Positions 9,599 through 20,238 of a stretch of DNA of 32,000 bases are shown piece after piece (position 1 is the stretch's first letter; every line of letters begins with the position of its first letter). This DNA comes from Halogeometricum borinquense DSM 11551. GTDB lineage: Archaea; Halobacteriota; Halobacteria; Halobacteriales; Haloferacaceae. The stretch is from positions 30,001 to 62,000 of the forward strand of contig NC_014735.1 in assembly GCF_000172995.2 (NCBI RefSeq), given 5' to 3'. The position numbers and the translations under genes were made by a program. Under the pieces are notes generated by a model. It saw nothing but the letters and a program-made list of their open reading frames with translations. It was not told the origin of the DNA and ran no database searches.

Positions 9599-10642
9599 CT
9601 ATTTGTCAGTGTAATGATGACAGGCACAGGAGTGACCGTCTCCGACCTCCACAAATCCAGGATCGACATCCTCGCAGATATCTCCGATGTACTCCTGACA
9701 GCGTGTGTGGAATCGACAGCCGTCCGGGGGGGATTCGGGGCTTGGAACATCGCCTTCGAGGATAATTCGGTCCGTCATCGGTTCCGGCGTTGCTCGCGGA
9801 ATCCCGGAGAGCAACGCCTGCGTGTAGGGATGCTTCGGGTTTTCGAATAGCTCTCGGGACGGAGCGACTTCCGCGAGTTCTCCAAGGTACATCACCGCTA
9901 CGCGGTCGCAGATATGCTGGATGACAGAGATATCGTGGCTGATAAACAGGTAGGTCAGGTCGTACGTGTCCTGAAGATCCTCCATCAGATTGAGTATCTT
10001 GGCTTGGACCGAAACGTCAAGCGCACTCGTCGGTTCGTCAGCGACGATCATCTGCGGATTCACCGATAGTGCGCGAGCGATAGCGACGCGCTGCTGTTGC
10101 CCGCCCGAGAACTCGTGCGGGGCGCGTTTCAAATGGTTCTCTTGGAGGTCAACTTCGTTGACGAGTTCGTGGAGTCGAGCCTGACGTTTCTCTCGGTCCC
10201 AATCCGTCAACGCCCGCATCGGTTCGGTGATGAGGTCCGCCACCGTCATCCGGGGATTCAGCGACGATCCGGGATCCTGGAAGATGATCTGTATGTCGCG
10301 TCTGAGCGAGCGCATCTGACTCCGAGAAGCATCTGTGATATCCTCACCGTCGAAGTAGATACTCCCATCAGTTGCGTCATGAAGCCGCATAAGCGTCTTT
10401 CCGAGCGTGGATTTGCCACAGCCGGATTCACCGACGAGGCCGAGGGTTTCTCCCTCTTGGATGCTGAAACTCACGCCATCGACGGCTTTCACGTCGCCAA
10501 CGTGCCGGTTGAGGACTCCACTCCGAACGGGGAAGTACTTCCGAACCCCGTCAGCAACGAGCAGTCCATCATCTGGTTTCAGGCCGTCCTCACGGAGTGC
10601 CGCGGTCTCACGCGGATCGCTGTTCGCATCGTCTACACTCAC
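9599..10642 (-). CDS. Dpp/Opp-type ABC importer ATP-binding protein (OppF/DppF-like), operon 2
   Basis: Walker [10 protein letters not shown], signature [15 protein letters not shown], Walker [14 protein letters not shown]-loop FISHDIS, and compact C-terminal motif [16 protein letters not shown]...[11 protein letters not shown] start in a GTGA overlap with the upstream stop. Confidence 0.9.
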   Translation of the reverse strand: MSVDDANSDPRETAALREDGLKPDDGLLVADGVRKYFPVRSGVLNRHVGDVKAVDGVSFSIQEGETLGLVGESGCGKSTLGKTLMRLHDATDGSIYFDGEDITDASRSQMRSLRRDIQIIFQDPGSSLNPRMTVADLITEPMRALTDWDREKRQARLHELVNEVDLQENHLKRAPHEFSGGQQQRVAIARALSVNPQMIVADEPTSALDVSVQAKILNLMEDLQDTYDLTYLFISHDISVIQHICDRVAVMYLGELAEVAPSRELFENPKHPYTQALLSGIPRATPEPMTDRIILEGDVPSPESPPDGCRFHTRCQEYIGDICEDVDPGFVEVGDGHSCACHHYTDK

Positions 10643-11703
10643 GCTTCTTCACCCCCGTTATTTCGAATGCTATCCTCGTGTTCGTCTCGGCTATGCCACG
10701 GCGGGCTGGAAGGGACGCTCTCATCGTACAGATGGCACGCAACACGGTGGTTCGTCGTCGCCGCAGTATCCGGCGCTGCCAGTTCGGGATCATGCGAGTC
10801 ACAAACGTCGCCGATATACTGCGGACACCGGGAAGCAAACCGGCACCCCTGTGGCGGATCGATTAGCTCCGGAACTGTCCCTTCGATAGTCGGAAGTCGA
10901 TCAGCGACTTCACCGACTTTCGGGATACTCTCGGCGAGCTTTCGGGTGTAGGGATGAAGCGGTGCCTCGAACAGTTCCCGCATCGCACATGTTTCGACAA
11001 CGTTTCCGGCATACATGACGGCCATCCGGTCTGCGATTTCGGAGATCACGGGAAGATCGTGGCTGATGAACAGAACGCTCATTCCGAACTCCTCGCGGAG
11101 ATCTCGGAGGAGATCGACGATCTGCGCCTGAATCGTTACGTCGAGCGCGGTTGTCGGTTCGTCCGCGATGAGCAGATCCGGTTCGGTGATGAGCGCCATC
11201 GCAATGACGACCCGCTGTCGCATACCGCCCGACAGCGCCTCTGGATACTCAGCCAGAAGTCTCTCAGCATCAGCGAGGCCAACGGCTTCGAGCATCCGTT
11301 TTGCCTCAGTTCTCGCCTCCGATTTCGAGATATCACGGTGGGCGAGCAGCGGTTCAATAATCTGTTTTCCAATCGTCAGCACGGGATTCAGCGACGACAT
11401 CGGATCCTGGTAGATCATCGTAATGTCGTCGCCGCGAATCTCGTTCAGTTCCGATTTGGAGAGCTCAAGGAGATCTTGACCGTCGTAGCGGATTGATCCA
11501 CGTTCGATCTTCGCCGGCGGGGACTGAAGAAGTCCCATCGTGGAAAGGGCAGTCACGCTCTTTCCACAGCCGGATTCGCCGATCACGCCGACGACCTCAT
11601 CGCGGCCGACTGTGATGCTTACACCGTCCAGTGCCTCTACGGTCCCTTCCTCAGTTTCGAAGTGAACGTGAAGGTCGTCAATTTCGAGTAGTGGTTCAGT
11701 CAT
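10639..11703 (-). CDS. Dpp/Opp-type ABC importer ATP-binding protein (OppD/DppD-like), operon 2
   Basis: Walker [10 protein letters not shown], signature [15 protein letters not shown], Walker [14 protein letters not shown]-loop FISHDLP. I prefer the ATG at 11703 ([11 protein letters not shown], matching the MTDPLLSVEDL start of the paralog) over the listed 11748 start, which would overlap the permease gene by 44 nt. Confidence 0.88.
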   Translation of the reverse strand: MTEPLLEIDDLHVHFETEEGTVEALDGVSITVGRDEVVGVIGESGCGKSVTALSTMGLLQSPPAKIERGSIRYDGQDLLELSKSELNEIRGDDITMIYQDPMSSLNPVLTIGKQIIEPLLAHRDISKSEARTEAKRMLEAVGLADAERLLAEYPEALSGGMRQRVVIAMALITEPDLLIADEPTTALDVTIQAQIVDLLRDLREEFGMSVLFISHDLPVISEIADRMAVMYAGNVVETCAMRELFEAPLHPYTRKLAESIPKVGEVADRLPTIEGTVPELIDPPQGCRFASRCPQYIGDVCDSHDPELAAPDTAATTNHRVACHLYDESVPSSPPWHSRDEHEDSIRNNGGEEA

Positions 11704-11704
11704 G

Positions 11705-12655
11705 TTAGCGTACCTGTCTCGGGTCGAGTGCGTCTCGGAGACCGTCACCCAGTCCGTTGAAGGCGATCACCGTAATCATGATCGCCAGACCGGGGAACGT
11801 TGCGATCCACCACGCTGAGTCGATTTCACCACGGCCGGCCGCGAGGATTGCACCCCACTCCGGTCTCGGGGGCTGAACGCCCATCCCGAGGAAGGAAAGT
11901 CCAGCACTCCAGAGAATCACGGTCGGTATCGTCAGCGTCGAATAGACGATAATACTGGATGCCGCATTGGGCAAGACGTACCGCGTGATGATACGGAAGT
12001 CACTCAATCCAGCCGCATTGGCTGAGTCGATGTATTCTTCCTCGATGACGCTCTTGACATCGCCGCGGACCAAGCGAGCGAATCCGCGCCAGCCAACGAG
12101 GCTGACGGCAATAATGAGTGGGAATAAGCCACCGCCTAACATACCTGCAATGGCAAGCGCAAGTACCAGCGCAGGTATCGAGAGACTAATATCGACAATT
12201 CTCATTATGATACTCTCGGTCCAGCCGCCGTAATAACCCGCGACGAGTCCGAGCGTTACGCCGATCAGCATCTCGATGCCGACGATCACCACCCCGAGGA
12301 AAACTGCATAACGGGACCCGAAGACCACGCGAGAGAACACATCGCGGCCGTAAGTGTCCGTACCAAACGGATGTTCTACGCTCGGTGGCTGGGACAACGC
12401 ATCGTAGTTCTGCTCCGTCGGGTCGTGCGGTGCGATAAGCGGTGCAAAAATCGCAGTCAGGATGAGTAGCACAACGACCACGAGGCCGAACATCGCAAAC
12501 CAGTTTTTCATCACCCGTCGAAGAACTGTCTTCGTCCGAGCGACTCGCCCCGTCTCGACCATCTTTGGAGCCTGCGCTCCCCGCGAACTGCCTGCCTCGT
12601 TGCTCACTTGTCCATCACGGTCTGCGTCGTCGTGCGTTGAATTATCTCTCGTCAT
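11705..12655 (-). CDS. Dpp/Opp-type ABC importer permease (DppC/OppC-like), operon 2
   Basis: Multi-TM protein. EAA-loop EEYIDSANAAGLSDFRIITRYVLPNA. C-terminal LRDALDPR. Confidence 0.9.
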   Translation of the reverse strand: MTRDNSTHDDADRDGQVSNEAGSSRGAQAPKMVETGRVARTKTVLRRVMKNWFAMFGLVVVVLLILTAIFAPLIAPHDPTEQNYDALSQPPSVEHPFGTDTYGRDVFSRVVFGSRYAVFLGVVIVGIEMLIGVTLGLVAGYYGGWTESIIMRIVDISLSIPALVLALAIAGMLGGGLFPLIIAVSLVGWRGFARLVRGDVKSVIEEEYIDSANAAGLSDFRIITRYVLPNAASSIIVYSTLTIPTVILWSAGLSFLGMGVQPPRPEWGAILAAGRGEIDSAWWIATFPGLAIMITVIAFNGLGDGLRDALDPRQVR

Positions 12656-12658
12656 AGT

Positions 12659-13606
12659 TTATTCGTACTCTATCCTCGGATCGAAGTAGCCGTACGCGAC
12701 GTCCACGAGTAGGTTCGAGGCGACGACGATTATTGCATACACCAACACGAGACCCTGCACGACCGGGTAATCCCGCTGCAGAACCGAGTTGACTAGCAAT
12801 CGACCCATCCCCGGCCAAGAGAAGACGGTCTCGATGATCACCGACCCGCCGAAGATCGCAGGTATTTGGAGTCCGATGAGGGTGATCACTGGGATCATCG
12901 CGTTCTTCATGGCGTGCGTGTAGATGACCGACTTCTCACCGATTCCTTTGCCACGTGCCGTGCGAATGTAGTCCTCGTTGAGGACTTCGAGCATCGAAGA
13001 TCGCGTTATCCGCGTGAGAAGCCCTGCGCGTCTCGTCCCTGTTGCGACAGCGGGCAAGATCAACGACACCAACCACGCCGTGGTAAAGACGGGGGTCGCT
13101 CGTCCCGAGATTGGGAAGAGACTCCACTGTACCGAGAACAGCAGGATGAGGATAAGCGCCAACCAGAACGATGGCATCGAGATCCAGAAGATTGCGAACA
13201 GCATCGACAGGTTATCTGCCCACGTATACTGCTTTACGGCGCTGATGACGCCGAGCGGGAGTGCAATGATGAACGTCAGCACCATCGAAGACAGCGCCAG
13301 TTCGAGCGTTGCTGGAAGCCGATTGGCGATCATCTGGATCACGCTCCGCTGTGTCCGGATGGATTCGCCGAGGTTGCCGTGGAGAACCCCCCAGAGCCAC
13401 TCCAGATATCGAATCCATGGTGGCTGATTGAGGCCCATCTGTCGCTCAAGTTCGGCAACTGCCGCCGGCCGCGCATTAGCACCAAGGGCGATGCGCGCAG
13501 GGTTCCCCGGAGCGATATAAATGATCGACGAGATAACGATTGTCACGCCGATCAAGACGGGGATAGTGATGAGTAACCGTCGAGTGACGTATTTAAGCAT
13601 ATTCAA
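12659..13606 (-). CDS. Dpp/Opp-type ABC importer permease (DppB/OppB-like), operon 2
   Basis: N-terminal MLKYVTRRLLITIPVLIGVT. EAA-loop EDYIRTARGKGIGEKSVIYTHAMKNA. C-terminal YFDPRI. Confidence 0.9.
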   Translation of the reverse strand: MNMLKYVTRRLLITIPVLIGVTIVISSIIYIAPGNPARIALGANARPAAVAELERQMGLNQPPWIRYLEWLWGVLHGNLGESIRTQRSVIQMIANRLPATLELALSSMVLTFIIALPLGVISAVKQYTWADNLSMLFAIFWISMPSFWLALILILLFSVQWSLFPISGRATPVFTTAWLVSLILPAVATGTRRAGLLTRITRSSMLEVLNEDYIRTARGKGIGEKSVIYTHAMKNAMIPVITLIGLQIPAIFGGSVIIETVFSWPGMGRLLVNSVLQRDYPVVQGLVLVYAIIVVASNLLVDVAYGYFDPRIEYE

Positions 13607-13622
13607 ATAGTGGGTTGGCTTG

Positions 13623-15314
13623 TTAGACGTCCAGTTCGAGTCGGTTCAGCCACTCCTGATCGGGCCACCAAGGGTGTTCCGTCCACGAGTCGGTCCCTGA
13701 AACCGACTTTTTGTGGCCGTAAACCTTGTTGAAGGCACAAATCGGCGTGACAGGGACCTCTTCGAGGACAACTTTCTGCGCGTCGAGAATCGCCTGCTCT
13801 CTCGTCGCCTGCTCCGGACTCGTCTTTGCTTTTTCGAGGAGGCTGTCGAACTCGTCGTTCTGCCACAGCGAATAATTCGTCCCCCCCTCGGTAGCCGTGT
13901 TCTCTCCTTTCAGAATCGGCTCAAGGGCGTTCACGGCCCAGTTGCCGCCATACGCCATCGTCGTGATGTTGTGGTTTCCGGACTGGAGGTTCTTGTACAG
14001 CGTCCCTGCCTCAAGAATCTCTAGTTCTGCCTTGATTCCAACCTCACCGAGGAGCGGTGCAACGACCTTCCCCATTTTCTTGTACCGCGGGATAGTGAAG
14101 GCGTAGAAGGTCAGTTTCAGTTCTTCACCGTTTTTGGTCCGGACTTCGCCTTGCTTCGAGTTCGTCCACCCGGCTGCATCGAGTTCTTTCCGGGCTTTCT
14201 CTTGACTGACCGTCTGTCCGAGTTCCTTTGCTTTCTCCTCGTCGAGAGCGTTCACGGCCACAGGCGGAACGATACTCCAGATTGGGTATCCTTCGCCGCC
14301 TAAGGCGGCCTCAATTACCGGCTGTTTCCGGACAGCATGGGTAATTGCCCGACGGACGTGGACATTGTCAGTCGGCTTCTTTTCGACGTTGATTGCGAGG
14401 TAGCCCGGACGCGTGTACTGCTTGCGGATCAGGTTCGTCGAGTCCGCCTGTTCGACTTCCTTTGTGTCACTAAGCGTGATATAGGATGAGCCGTGGACAC
14501 CACCACTAGTGAGTTCGTTTAACAGCGTGGTCGCTTCCGGGTGGATCTCGAACCGGAATTGCTCAGGATTGCCCGGCCCCTGGTTTGCAGCGAACTCCGG
14601 CCCCCATCCGTACTCTTCGAACTTCGAGAGGACAATTGCGGTGCCGTGTTCCCAGTTCTTCCATTGATACGGTCCAGTCCCGACTGCAATATCTTGCCCG
14701 TAACTCTCACCTGCTTCTTCGACGGCGCGCTTCGAAACAAATCCCGTGAGCGGGTCCGTCAGATAACGTGGGAGAAGTGGGTAAGGTGCATCAAAGGTAA
14801 CCGTTACCTCATACTCGCCCGTCGCCTCGAACGCTTTTGCGGGGCTAAGAAGGTATGAAGACGGAGAGTTTTCGACGAACCGTTCCCAATTATAAACCAC
14901 CTCCTCGGCGGTCAGTTCGTCGCCGTTATGGAACGTGACTCCTTGTTCGATCTGGAAGACGAACTCCGTCGCATCCTCATTGACACTGTAGTCTGCCGCG
15001 AGATGAGGCACCGGCTCTTTGTTTTCGTTAAGCCGGAAGAGCGGTTCGTGTAGTGCAGAGAGAACAGTTTCCTCGGGTCGGCGGGTGGCCTTGTGGATGT
15101 CGAGCGTAGACGGTTTACTCGACGAGCCAACGACGAACGTGTCCGCTTTGTCCCCCGCCGTTCCATCAGATGACCCCGTATCGCCCGTTGACTCCGTCCC
15201 AGTAGCTTGGTTTTCCGTTCCAGTACACCCGGCGAGCGAAATACCAGTAAGACCCGCGGTGACTGATCCGACGTAACGCCGGCGGCTAACTGAGAGCTTG
15301 CTATCGTTATCCAT
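13623..15314 (-). CDS. ABC transporter substrate-binding lipoprotein, family 5 (DppA/OppA-like), operon 2
   Basis: Tat motif and lipobox (SRRRYVGSVTAGLTGISLAGCTG), a Thr/Gly/Ser/Asp linker, and a family-5 SBP body (e.g. GVTFHNGDELTAEEVVYNWER). Confidence 0.9.
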   Translation of the reverse strand: MDNDSKLSVSRRRYVGSVTAGLTGISLAGCTGTENQATGTESTGDTGSSDGTAGDKADTFVVGSSSKPSTLDIHKATRRPEETVLSALHEPLFRLNENKEPVPHLAADYSVNEDATEFVFQIEQGVTFHNGDELTAEEVVYNWERFVENSPSSYLLSPAKAFEATGEYEVTVTFDAPYPLLPRYLTDPLTGFVSKRAVEEAGESYGQDIAVGTGPYQWKNWEHGTAIVLSKFEEYGWGPEFAANQGPGNPEQFRFEIHPEATTLLNELTSGGVHGSSYITLSDTKEVEQADSTNLIRKQYTRPGYLAINVEKKPTDNVHVRRAITHAVRKQPVIEAALGGEGYPIWSIVPPVAVNALDEEKAKELGQTVSQEKARKELDAAGWTNSKQGEVRTKNGEELKLTFYAFTIPRYKKMGKVVAPLLGEVGIKAELEILEAGTLYKNLQSGNHNITTMAYGGNWAVNALEPILKGENTATEGGTNYSLWQNDEFDSLLEKAKTSPEQATREQAILDAQKVVLEEVPVTPICAFNKVYGHKKSVSGTDSWTEHPWWPDQEWLNRLELDV

Positions 15315-15705
15315 ACGCAGTCACCCGAAACGTTCAGGAAAAAAGTAAGTATTTCCTCCGGCACCATTGTCCGGGTTTTGTCAACAGATATCAATTCACT
15401 ACAGATACATTTATTGTGAAAGAAAATCCATAGATAGTTTAGATCTGTTTACTGGGTAGCCACTGCCGAACGTCTCTACGCCTGTACCGGTGTCGTACTC
15501 GACATCAGCGACAATCTCTAACTGGGACTCGTATCACGGGCGCCGCGTAGCGTCTAAATCTCACTCCCCGCAGGCGGACTGACGCTGAATCCCCTCCAAG
15601 TCACTCACGTGCGTATGTGGCTGCCGATGGGAGTTCCTTGTCAGTGTTGGGATGCTAGTTTGTTTTATCGGAACCATTATATATCAATATTTTATGCGTC
15701 AATGT

Positions 15706-16476
15706 ATGCCACTTGGGAAAGGGGAGTTGACCACGACTGCGACCTCACTACACATTCTCGAACTAATCGTAGACCACGGGTGGGTTACCCTACGTGGACT
15801 CGTCGAAGAGACGGGACTGGCAAAAAGTACGGTACACAAACATCTCTCAACACTGCGAGCAAACGACTACATCGTCAAGGAGGGTGAACGCTACACGCTC
15901 GGACTCTACTTCCTGACAGTTGGAAAACGCGCTGTCGAGTTTCGAGAATCCTATCAACTCGTAGAACAAAAAGTGCGAGAGTTGGGAAGTCGAACAGACG
16001 CCGAAGTGGACTTCACTGTCGAAGAGAACGGCCGGTTAATCCTGATGTTCGAGGCCGCCGGAGCCACCAACGAATCGACGTTCGGAACAGGCACCGAGTT
16101 TTTTCTTCACAATACAGCGGCAGGGAAAGCGATTCTCGCAACGTACGCAGATTCCAAACGGGACGAGATCTTAGATACACAAGGACTGCCCGCAACGACG
16201 AACAAGACGATTCAATCCCGAGAAGCGTTACACGCAGAGCTTGAACAGGTCCGTGAGAACGGGTACGCACTGAACGATGGCGAATGCGTCGAGGGGTATC
16301 GAACAGTCAGTTCTGTGATCAAGCGACCGAACGGCTCCGCGCTCGGAGCGATCAGCGCTGGAGGCCCTGCCTATCGAATCGATCAGTCACGGCTGAAAAA
16401 CGAACTTGCGGATCACGTCCGTTCAGCGACGGCCGAGGTGACAGAATCGTTAGTAGAAGCGCAAAGCACACTCTGA
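15706..16476 (+). CDS. IclR-family transcriptional regulator
   Basis: N-terminal winged-HTH LHILELIVDHGWVTLRGLVEETGLAKSTVHKHLSTLRANDYIVKEGERYTLG, plus an IclR effector domain (HNTAAGKAILA...GYALNDGECVEGYRTVSSVI). I prefer the ATG at 15706 because the AT-rich ATATATCAATATTTT lies about 25 nt upstream. The listed ORF starts at 15652. Confidence 0.85.
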   Translation: MPLGKGELTTTATSLHILELIVDHGWVTLRGLVEETGLAKSTVHKHLSTLRANDYIVKEGERYTLGLYFLTVGKRAVEFRESYQLVEQKVRELGSRTDAEVDFTVEENGRLILMFEAAGATNESTFGTGTEFFLHNTAAGKAILATYADSKRDEILDTQGLPATTNKTIQSREALHAELEQVRENGYALNDGECVEGYRTVSSVIKRPNGSALGAISAGGPAYRIDQSRLKNELADHVRSATAEVTESLVEAQSTL

Positions 16477-16834
16477 CTCGGTTCGAAATGTCGGCTCGCC
16501 TCACCGCACTTCTATTTTGATTACAGAGACTCTTTTATATTCTAGATAGAAAACTCCCGTTTCGAGACCTCTAACGGGACCTATATTGCAGATCAATTAC
16601 AGGTCTACGATTGTGATATTATACGTGTATTACTCATACGTAACTGAGGAATATATTTAGTTCGGATACAGAGAACTAGTTTAAGTACAACAAATCGAGG
16701 AGGGACATAAAAACTCGGAGCGTAGCGTCGCAGTTCTGATTTCGTCTCCACGTTGTGAGCGCCCTCATCACGAGAGAGTGTTCCAACCTGGCGGCCCGGA
16801 ACAAAAGTTACCCAACGTGAGTTATCCAGACGTG

Positions 16835-18301
16835 TTACTCCAGTCGGATTTGGTCTCGAAGCGACGTTTTCTGGATTTTTCCGGTACTCGTGAGCGGCAT
16901 CTCTTCGACGAACCGAACGTCGTCCGGGATCCACCACGATTCGATCCGGCCGTCCCGGCTTTTTGAACGGAGGTCGGCCTGCAACGTCTCGGCTGTCACA
17001 TCGCCACTGATAACGGCAACCGGTCGTTCACCCCACTCCGCATCGGATTTTGCAAGTACAGCCACGTTCTCTACGCCATCAGTCTCAGAGATGACCGATT
17101 CGAGGACGCCGCTCGGAATCCACTCACCACCGCTCTTGATTGCGTCCGTCAGTCGGTCGAGTATCGTGATGCCGCCGTCAGGGAGTCGCCGTCCCAGATC
17201 ACCGGTACGGAACCAACCATCTACGTACGCATCGTCTTTACCCTCTGGAGCGTCATAATATCCATCCGGTAACCACGGAGAGCGGACCAACAGTTCACCC
17301 ATTCCGTCCTGTCCCGCACGTTCGTCTATCTTGACTTCCACAGCGGGTATCGGATGCGTCGAGCGTCGCACATACTCGTATCCCTCTCTGCGGGCATGCT
17401 TCGTCCAAAGTGTGATACCCACAGCGAGCATGTCGGTCCCGCCGTAGATTGTTGCGAAGGAAACGCCGGCATCACGAAGTCGCTCCGTCAGCCCGCGCTT
17501 GACGACGCTCCCACCGGTGAGCAGAGTCAAACCTGAGAGATCATGTCCCGTTTCGAGAACTTGGACGGCCATCGTCGGAACGAGACACGACCACGTCGCC
17601 TCACCGGATTCCGCTGCCGCGCCGAGACGCTGGGGGTCGAACCGGCCAGCGAGCATGAGATCTGCACCAAGATACGGAGCGAAAATCGTGGTCCCCCACG
17701 CGAGAAGGTGGTACATCGGAATACCTGGGAACACCGTGTCCTCGCCTGAGAGTGCCGCCGGTGTCTGATATTCAGCCATCTGGTGTGCCATTCCCAACGA
17801 ACTGTGAACTATCTGCGCGTGCGTATAGCGGACAGCCTTTGGCATCCCGGTGGTCCCAGACGTGAACAGGATCACCGCCGGATCGTCTTGCGCCGCTGAA
17901 AGCTCAGTCGCCTCTTCAGCATACTCGAGCGCCGGAATCGAGATCGCATCGCCCTCGAATGACTCCGCGAGACCGTCGAAATCGGAATCGTAGAGCAGCA
18001 TGTCGGCGTCTGAGCGCTCAATCGTGTACGCGATTTGCTCCGGTGGGAGATTCACGTTGACCGGATAGATGACGGCCCCGATACCAGTGATAGCGTACAG
18101 GAGTTCGAAGAACCGTGGCGTATTCCACGCGGCTACTGAAACGACACTGCCTTCACTCACCCCTCGATTCCGTAACTCGGTCGCTAACTGCGCCGCGTTT
18201 TCTGCCGTCTCGTGGTATGTCTGGTGCCGGTTGCCATCACTGATGCCTGCATCGGGAAATAAGGTCTTCGCCCGGTCAAGCGTATGCGGGAGCGTGAACA
18301 T
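16835..18301 (-). CDS. AMP-dependent acyl-CoA synthetase/ligase (adenylate-forming enzyme)
   Basis: AMP-binding motif LFTSGTTGMPKAV, GWFRTGDLG, and C-terminal PLTSTGKIQK. The start ATG shares one nt with the TAA stop of the upstream dehydrogenase gene. Confidence 0.88.
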   Translation of the reverse strand: MFTLPHTLDRAKTLFPDAGISDGNRHQTYHETAENAAQLATELRNRGVSEGSVVSVAAWNTPRFFELLYAITGIGAVIYPVNVNLPPEQIAYTIERSDADMLLYDSDFDGLAESFEGDAISIPALEYAEEATELSAAQDDPAVILFTSGTTGMPKAVRYTHAQIVHSSLGMAHQMAEYQTPAALSGEDTVFPGIPMYHLLAWGTTIFAPYLGADLMLAGRFDPQRLGAAAESGEATWSCLVPTMAVQVLETGHDLSGLTLLTGGSVVKRGLTERLRDAGVSFATIYGGTDMLAVGITLWTKHARREGYEYVRRSTHPIPAVEVKIDERAGQDGMGELLVRSPWLPDGYYDAPEGKDDAYVDGWFRTGDLGRRLPDGGITILDRLTDAIKSGGEWIPSGVLESVISETDGVENVAVLAKSDAEWGERPVAVISGDVTAETLQADLRSKSRDGRIESWWIPDDVRFVEEMPLTSTGKIQKTSLRDQIRLE

Positions 18302-20082
18302 TAGTTCATCACCACCAAGTCCTCAAACTGGTCGGGATCGAACGCCGCGTATCGAACGACGGCATCGAACGCCTCAGTAGACAGCTCACCGCCGCCGGTG
18401 ATACCGCGTGCATCGTGCTCACGTAGATACGAGTTCACGAACTGCCGGGTTACGAGAGCCTTCCGGGCATCGCCGTCTACGTCAAGTTGCCACTGTGCCT
18501 GCTCAACGAGAATCGCGGCAGTCGTCACATCGAAGATGTAGTCAGTGAGTTCCTTCGCCTGTGTTTGAGCGTATTCACCATCACTAGTCCCGACAGCGGT
18601 AATCGCGTTTGCCAGTCCGTCCCGTTCGTCTCGGATCTCCGCTGCCAAGCGTTCGAGTACCGGATGGGTGACCGAATCAAGTCGTTCGTCAATCAATGTG
18701 AGAAGCGGTTCGTGAGCGGCCTCGCGGTCCATCGACCGGAGAACATCGAGCGCCATCACGTTCGAGGCACCCTCCCAGATGGGAAGCACCTGAGCATTAC
18801 GCAGCAGTCGTGGATGGACGAACTCCTCAACGTAGCCGTTGCCGCCTTTGATCTCCATCGCGTAGGAAGCGGTATCGACGGCCATCCGTGCCGTCCGGTA
18901 TTTCGCAGTCGGGACGAGGATACGCATGAGGCGGTGAGCCTCGTCGTCGTTCTCGCGCTCGCGACGGTGAAGCGCTTCGACAGCCTCGAAAGTGAAAGCG
19001 AGCGCAGCCTCGTGGTCTGTCGCCATCTCAGCGAGATCACGACGCATCAGTGGATGTTCGTCGAGTCGTTTTCCGAATACTTCGCGGTTTGCAGCATGGA
19101 CTTTTGATTCGAGTAACGACCGACCCATGGACCCACAGGAACCGATAGCGTTGTAGAGCCGTTCGGCGTTCAGCATCTCCGACATCTGTCTGAATCCGTT
19201 TTCCGACTCGCCGATGAGGTACGCTTCGGCACCCTCGAAGACGACCTCACCCGTCGGCACAGTGACGGTCCCGAGTTTGTCCTTCAGTCGGCGGAAGCGA
19301 TAGTTGGTTGGCTCCCCGTCGCGGTCGTGCGTTGAAACGAGAAAGAGTGACAACCCTTCCGTGCCGTCGGGTGCAGCAGGTCGTCGTGCGAGTACGAGTG
19401 CGGCCTCAGAGTCGATATTCGAACAGAACCACTTCTCGCCGTACAGTTCGTAGGTGCCGTCCTCCTGTGGTTCGGCGGTTACCTCGTTCGCACCGACATC
19501 AGTCCCGCCTTGCTTTTCGGTGAGGAACATGGCCCCGGTCATCAGATCATCGTAGTCGCGTGCTGTCAGTCCATCATAGAACCGCTGTAACGACCCGTCG
19601 TCGAACTTATCTAAAACGAGTGCGGCCCCACCCGTCATTGCTCCGGGACAGCTAAGGCCGACACTGGAGGCGTATTCCATCAGATAGAACTGCCCGAAAT
19701 GGTAGGGGAACGAAACGGGGTCTTCACGGCCGGGTGGCGACTCGAAGACATCGGCGATAACACCGGCTTCGTAGACCAGTCGCTCGTTCTCGATGTGGGC
19801 AGGATGGTGTTCGATCTCGTTGATGACTTCCCCGTGTTTGTTGTGCGTACGGAGTTTAGGAGGATTATCATCGGCAACGTCGGCATTATCGGCTACTGTA
19901 TGACCGATCATCGCTCCGAACTCACGGAGGTTTGATTCTCCCCAATCGAGTTCCTCGGGATCACAGCGCCGCCTGAGTTCGAACTGCAGCGAGGGGTCAT
20001 AGGTGTAATAGTTACAGTGCCGACCCGCTTCCAGAGAGCCGTATTCTAACGTCGTACCCATATATCGCAGAATGCACTCCAT
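18301..20082 (-). CDS. Acyl-CoA dehydrogenase family protein, AidB-like (long N-terminal domain)
   Basis: LTEKQGGTDVGANE, GEKWFCSNI and IWEGASNVMALDVLR blocks are typical of AidB-type acyl-CoA dehydrogenases. 593 aa. An alternative start is at 20061 (MGTTLEY). Confidence 0.85.
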   Translation of the reverse strand: MECILRYMGTTLEYGSLEAGRHCNYYTYDPSLQFELRRRCDPEELDWGESNLREFGAMIGHTVADNADVADDNPPKLRTHNKHGEVINEIEHHPAHIENERLVYEAGVIADVFESPPGREDPVSFPYHFGQFYLMEYASSVGLSCPGAMTGGAALVLDKFDDGSLQRFYDGLTARDYDDLMTGAMFLTEKQGGTDVGANEVTAEPQEDGTYELYGEKWFCSNIDSEAALVLARRPAAPDGTEGLSLFLVSTHDRDGEPTNYRFRRLKDKLGTVTVPTGEVVFEGAEAYLIGESENGFRQMSEMLNAERLYNAIGSCGSMGRSLLESKVHAANREVFGKRLDEHPLMRRDLAEMATDHEAALAFTFEAVEALHRRERENDDEAHRLMRILVPTAKYRTARMAVDTASYAMEIKGGNGYVEEFVHPRLLRNAQVLPIWEGASNVMALDVLRSMDREAAHEPLLTLIDERLDSVTHPVLERLAAEIRDERDGLANAITAVGTSDGEYAQTQAKELTDYIFDVTTAAILVEQAQWQLDVDGDARKALVTRQFVNSYLREHDARGITGGGELSTEAFDAVVRYAAFDPDQFEDLVVMN

Positions 20083-20238
20083 TGTTAATAATCTTCCCCA
20101 ACAAACAAACCTTGTTTAATTATGTTGTCGCAGTCGCGAACCGCGACGAAGAGAGCGGCGGGACGACTGGGCGCTTGCAGAATCGGTTCCGGAGAGCAGA
20201 ACATTATTAGTGATAAAAGAGAACCCAATAGACGAGAG

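Noticed and set aside
2790-15314. The possibility that the two Dpp/Opp operons are an assembly artefact or a very recent duplication.
   Set aside because: The paralogous proteins differ substantially in sequence and length. Only a short Walker-B tract is near-identical at the DNA level.
15540-15610. tRNA-like look of GGGCGCCGCGTAGCGTC...GACGCTGAATCCCCTCC in the divergent intergenic region.
   Set aside because: I could not fold it into a cloverleaf. There is no T-stem complementary to the GAATCC segment, no proper acceptor stem and no anticodon arm.
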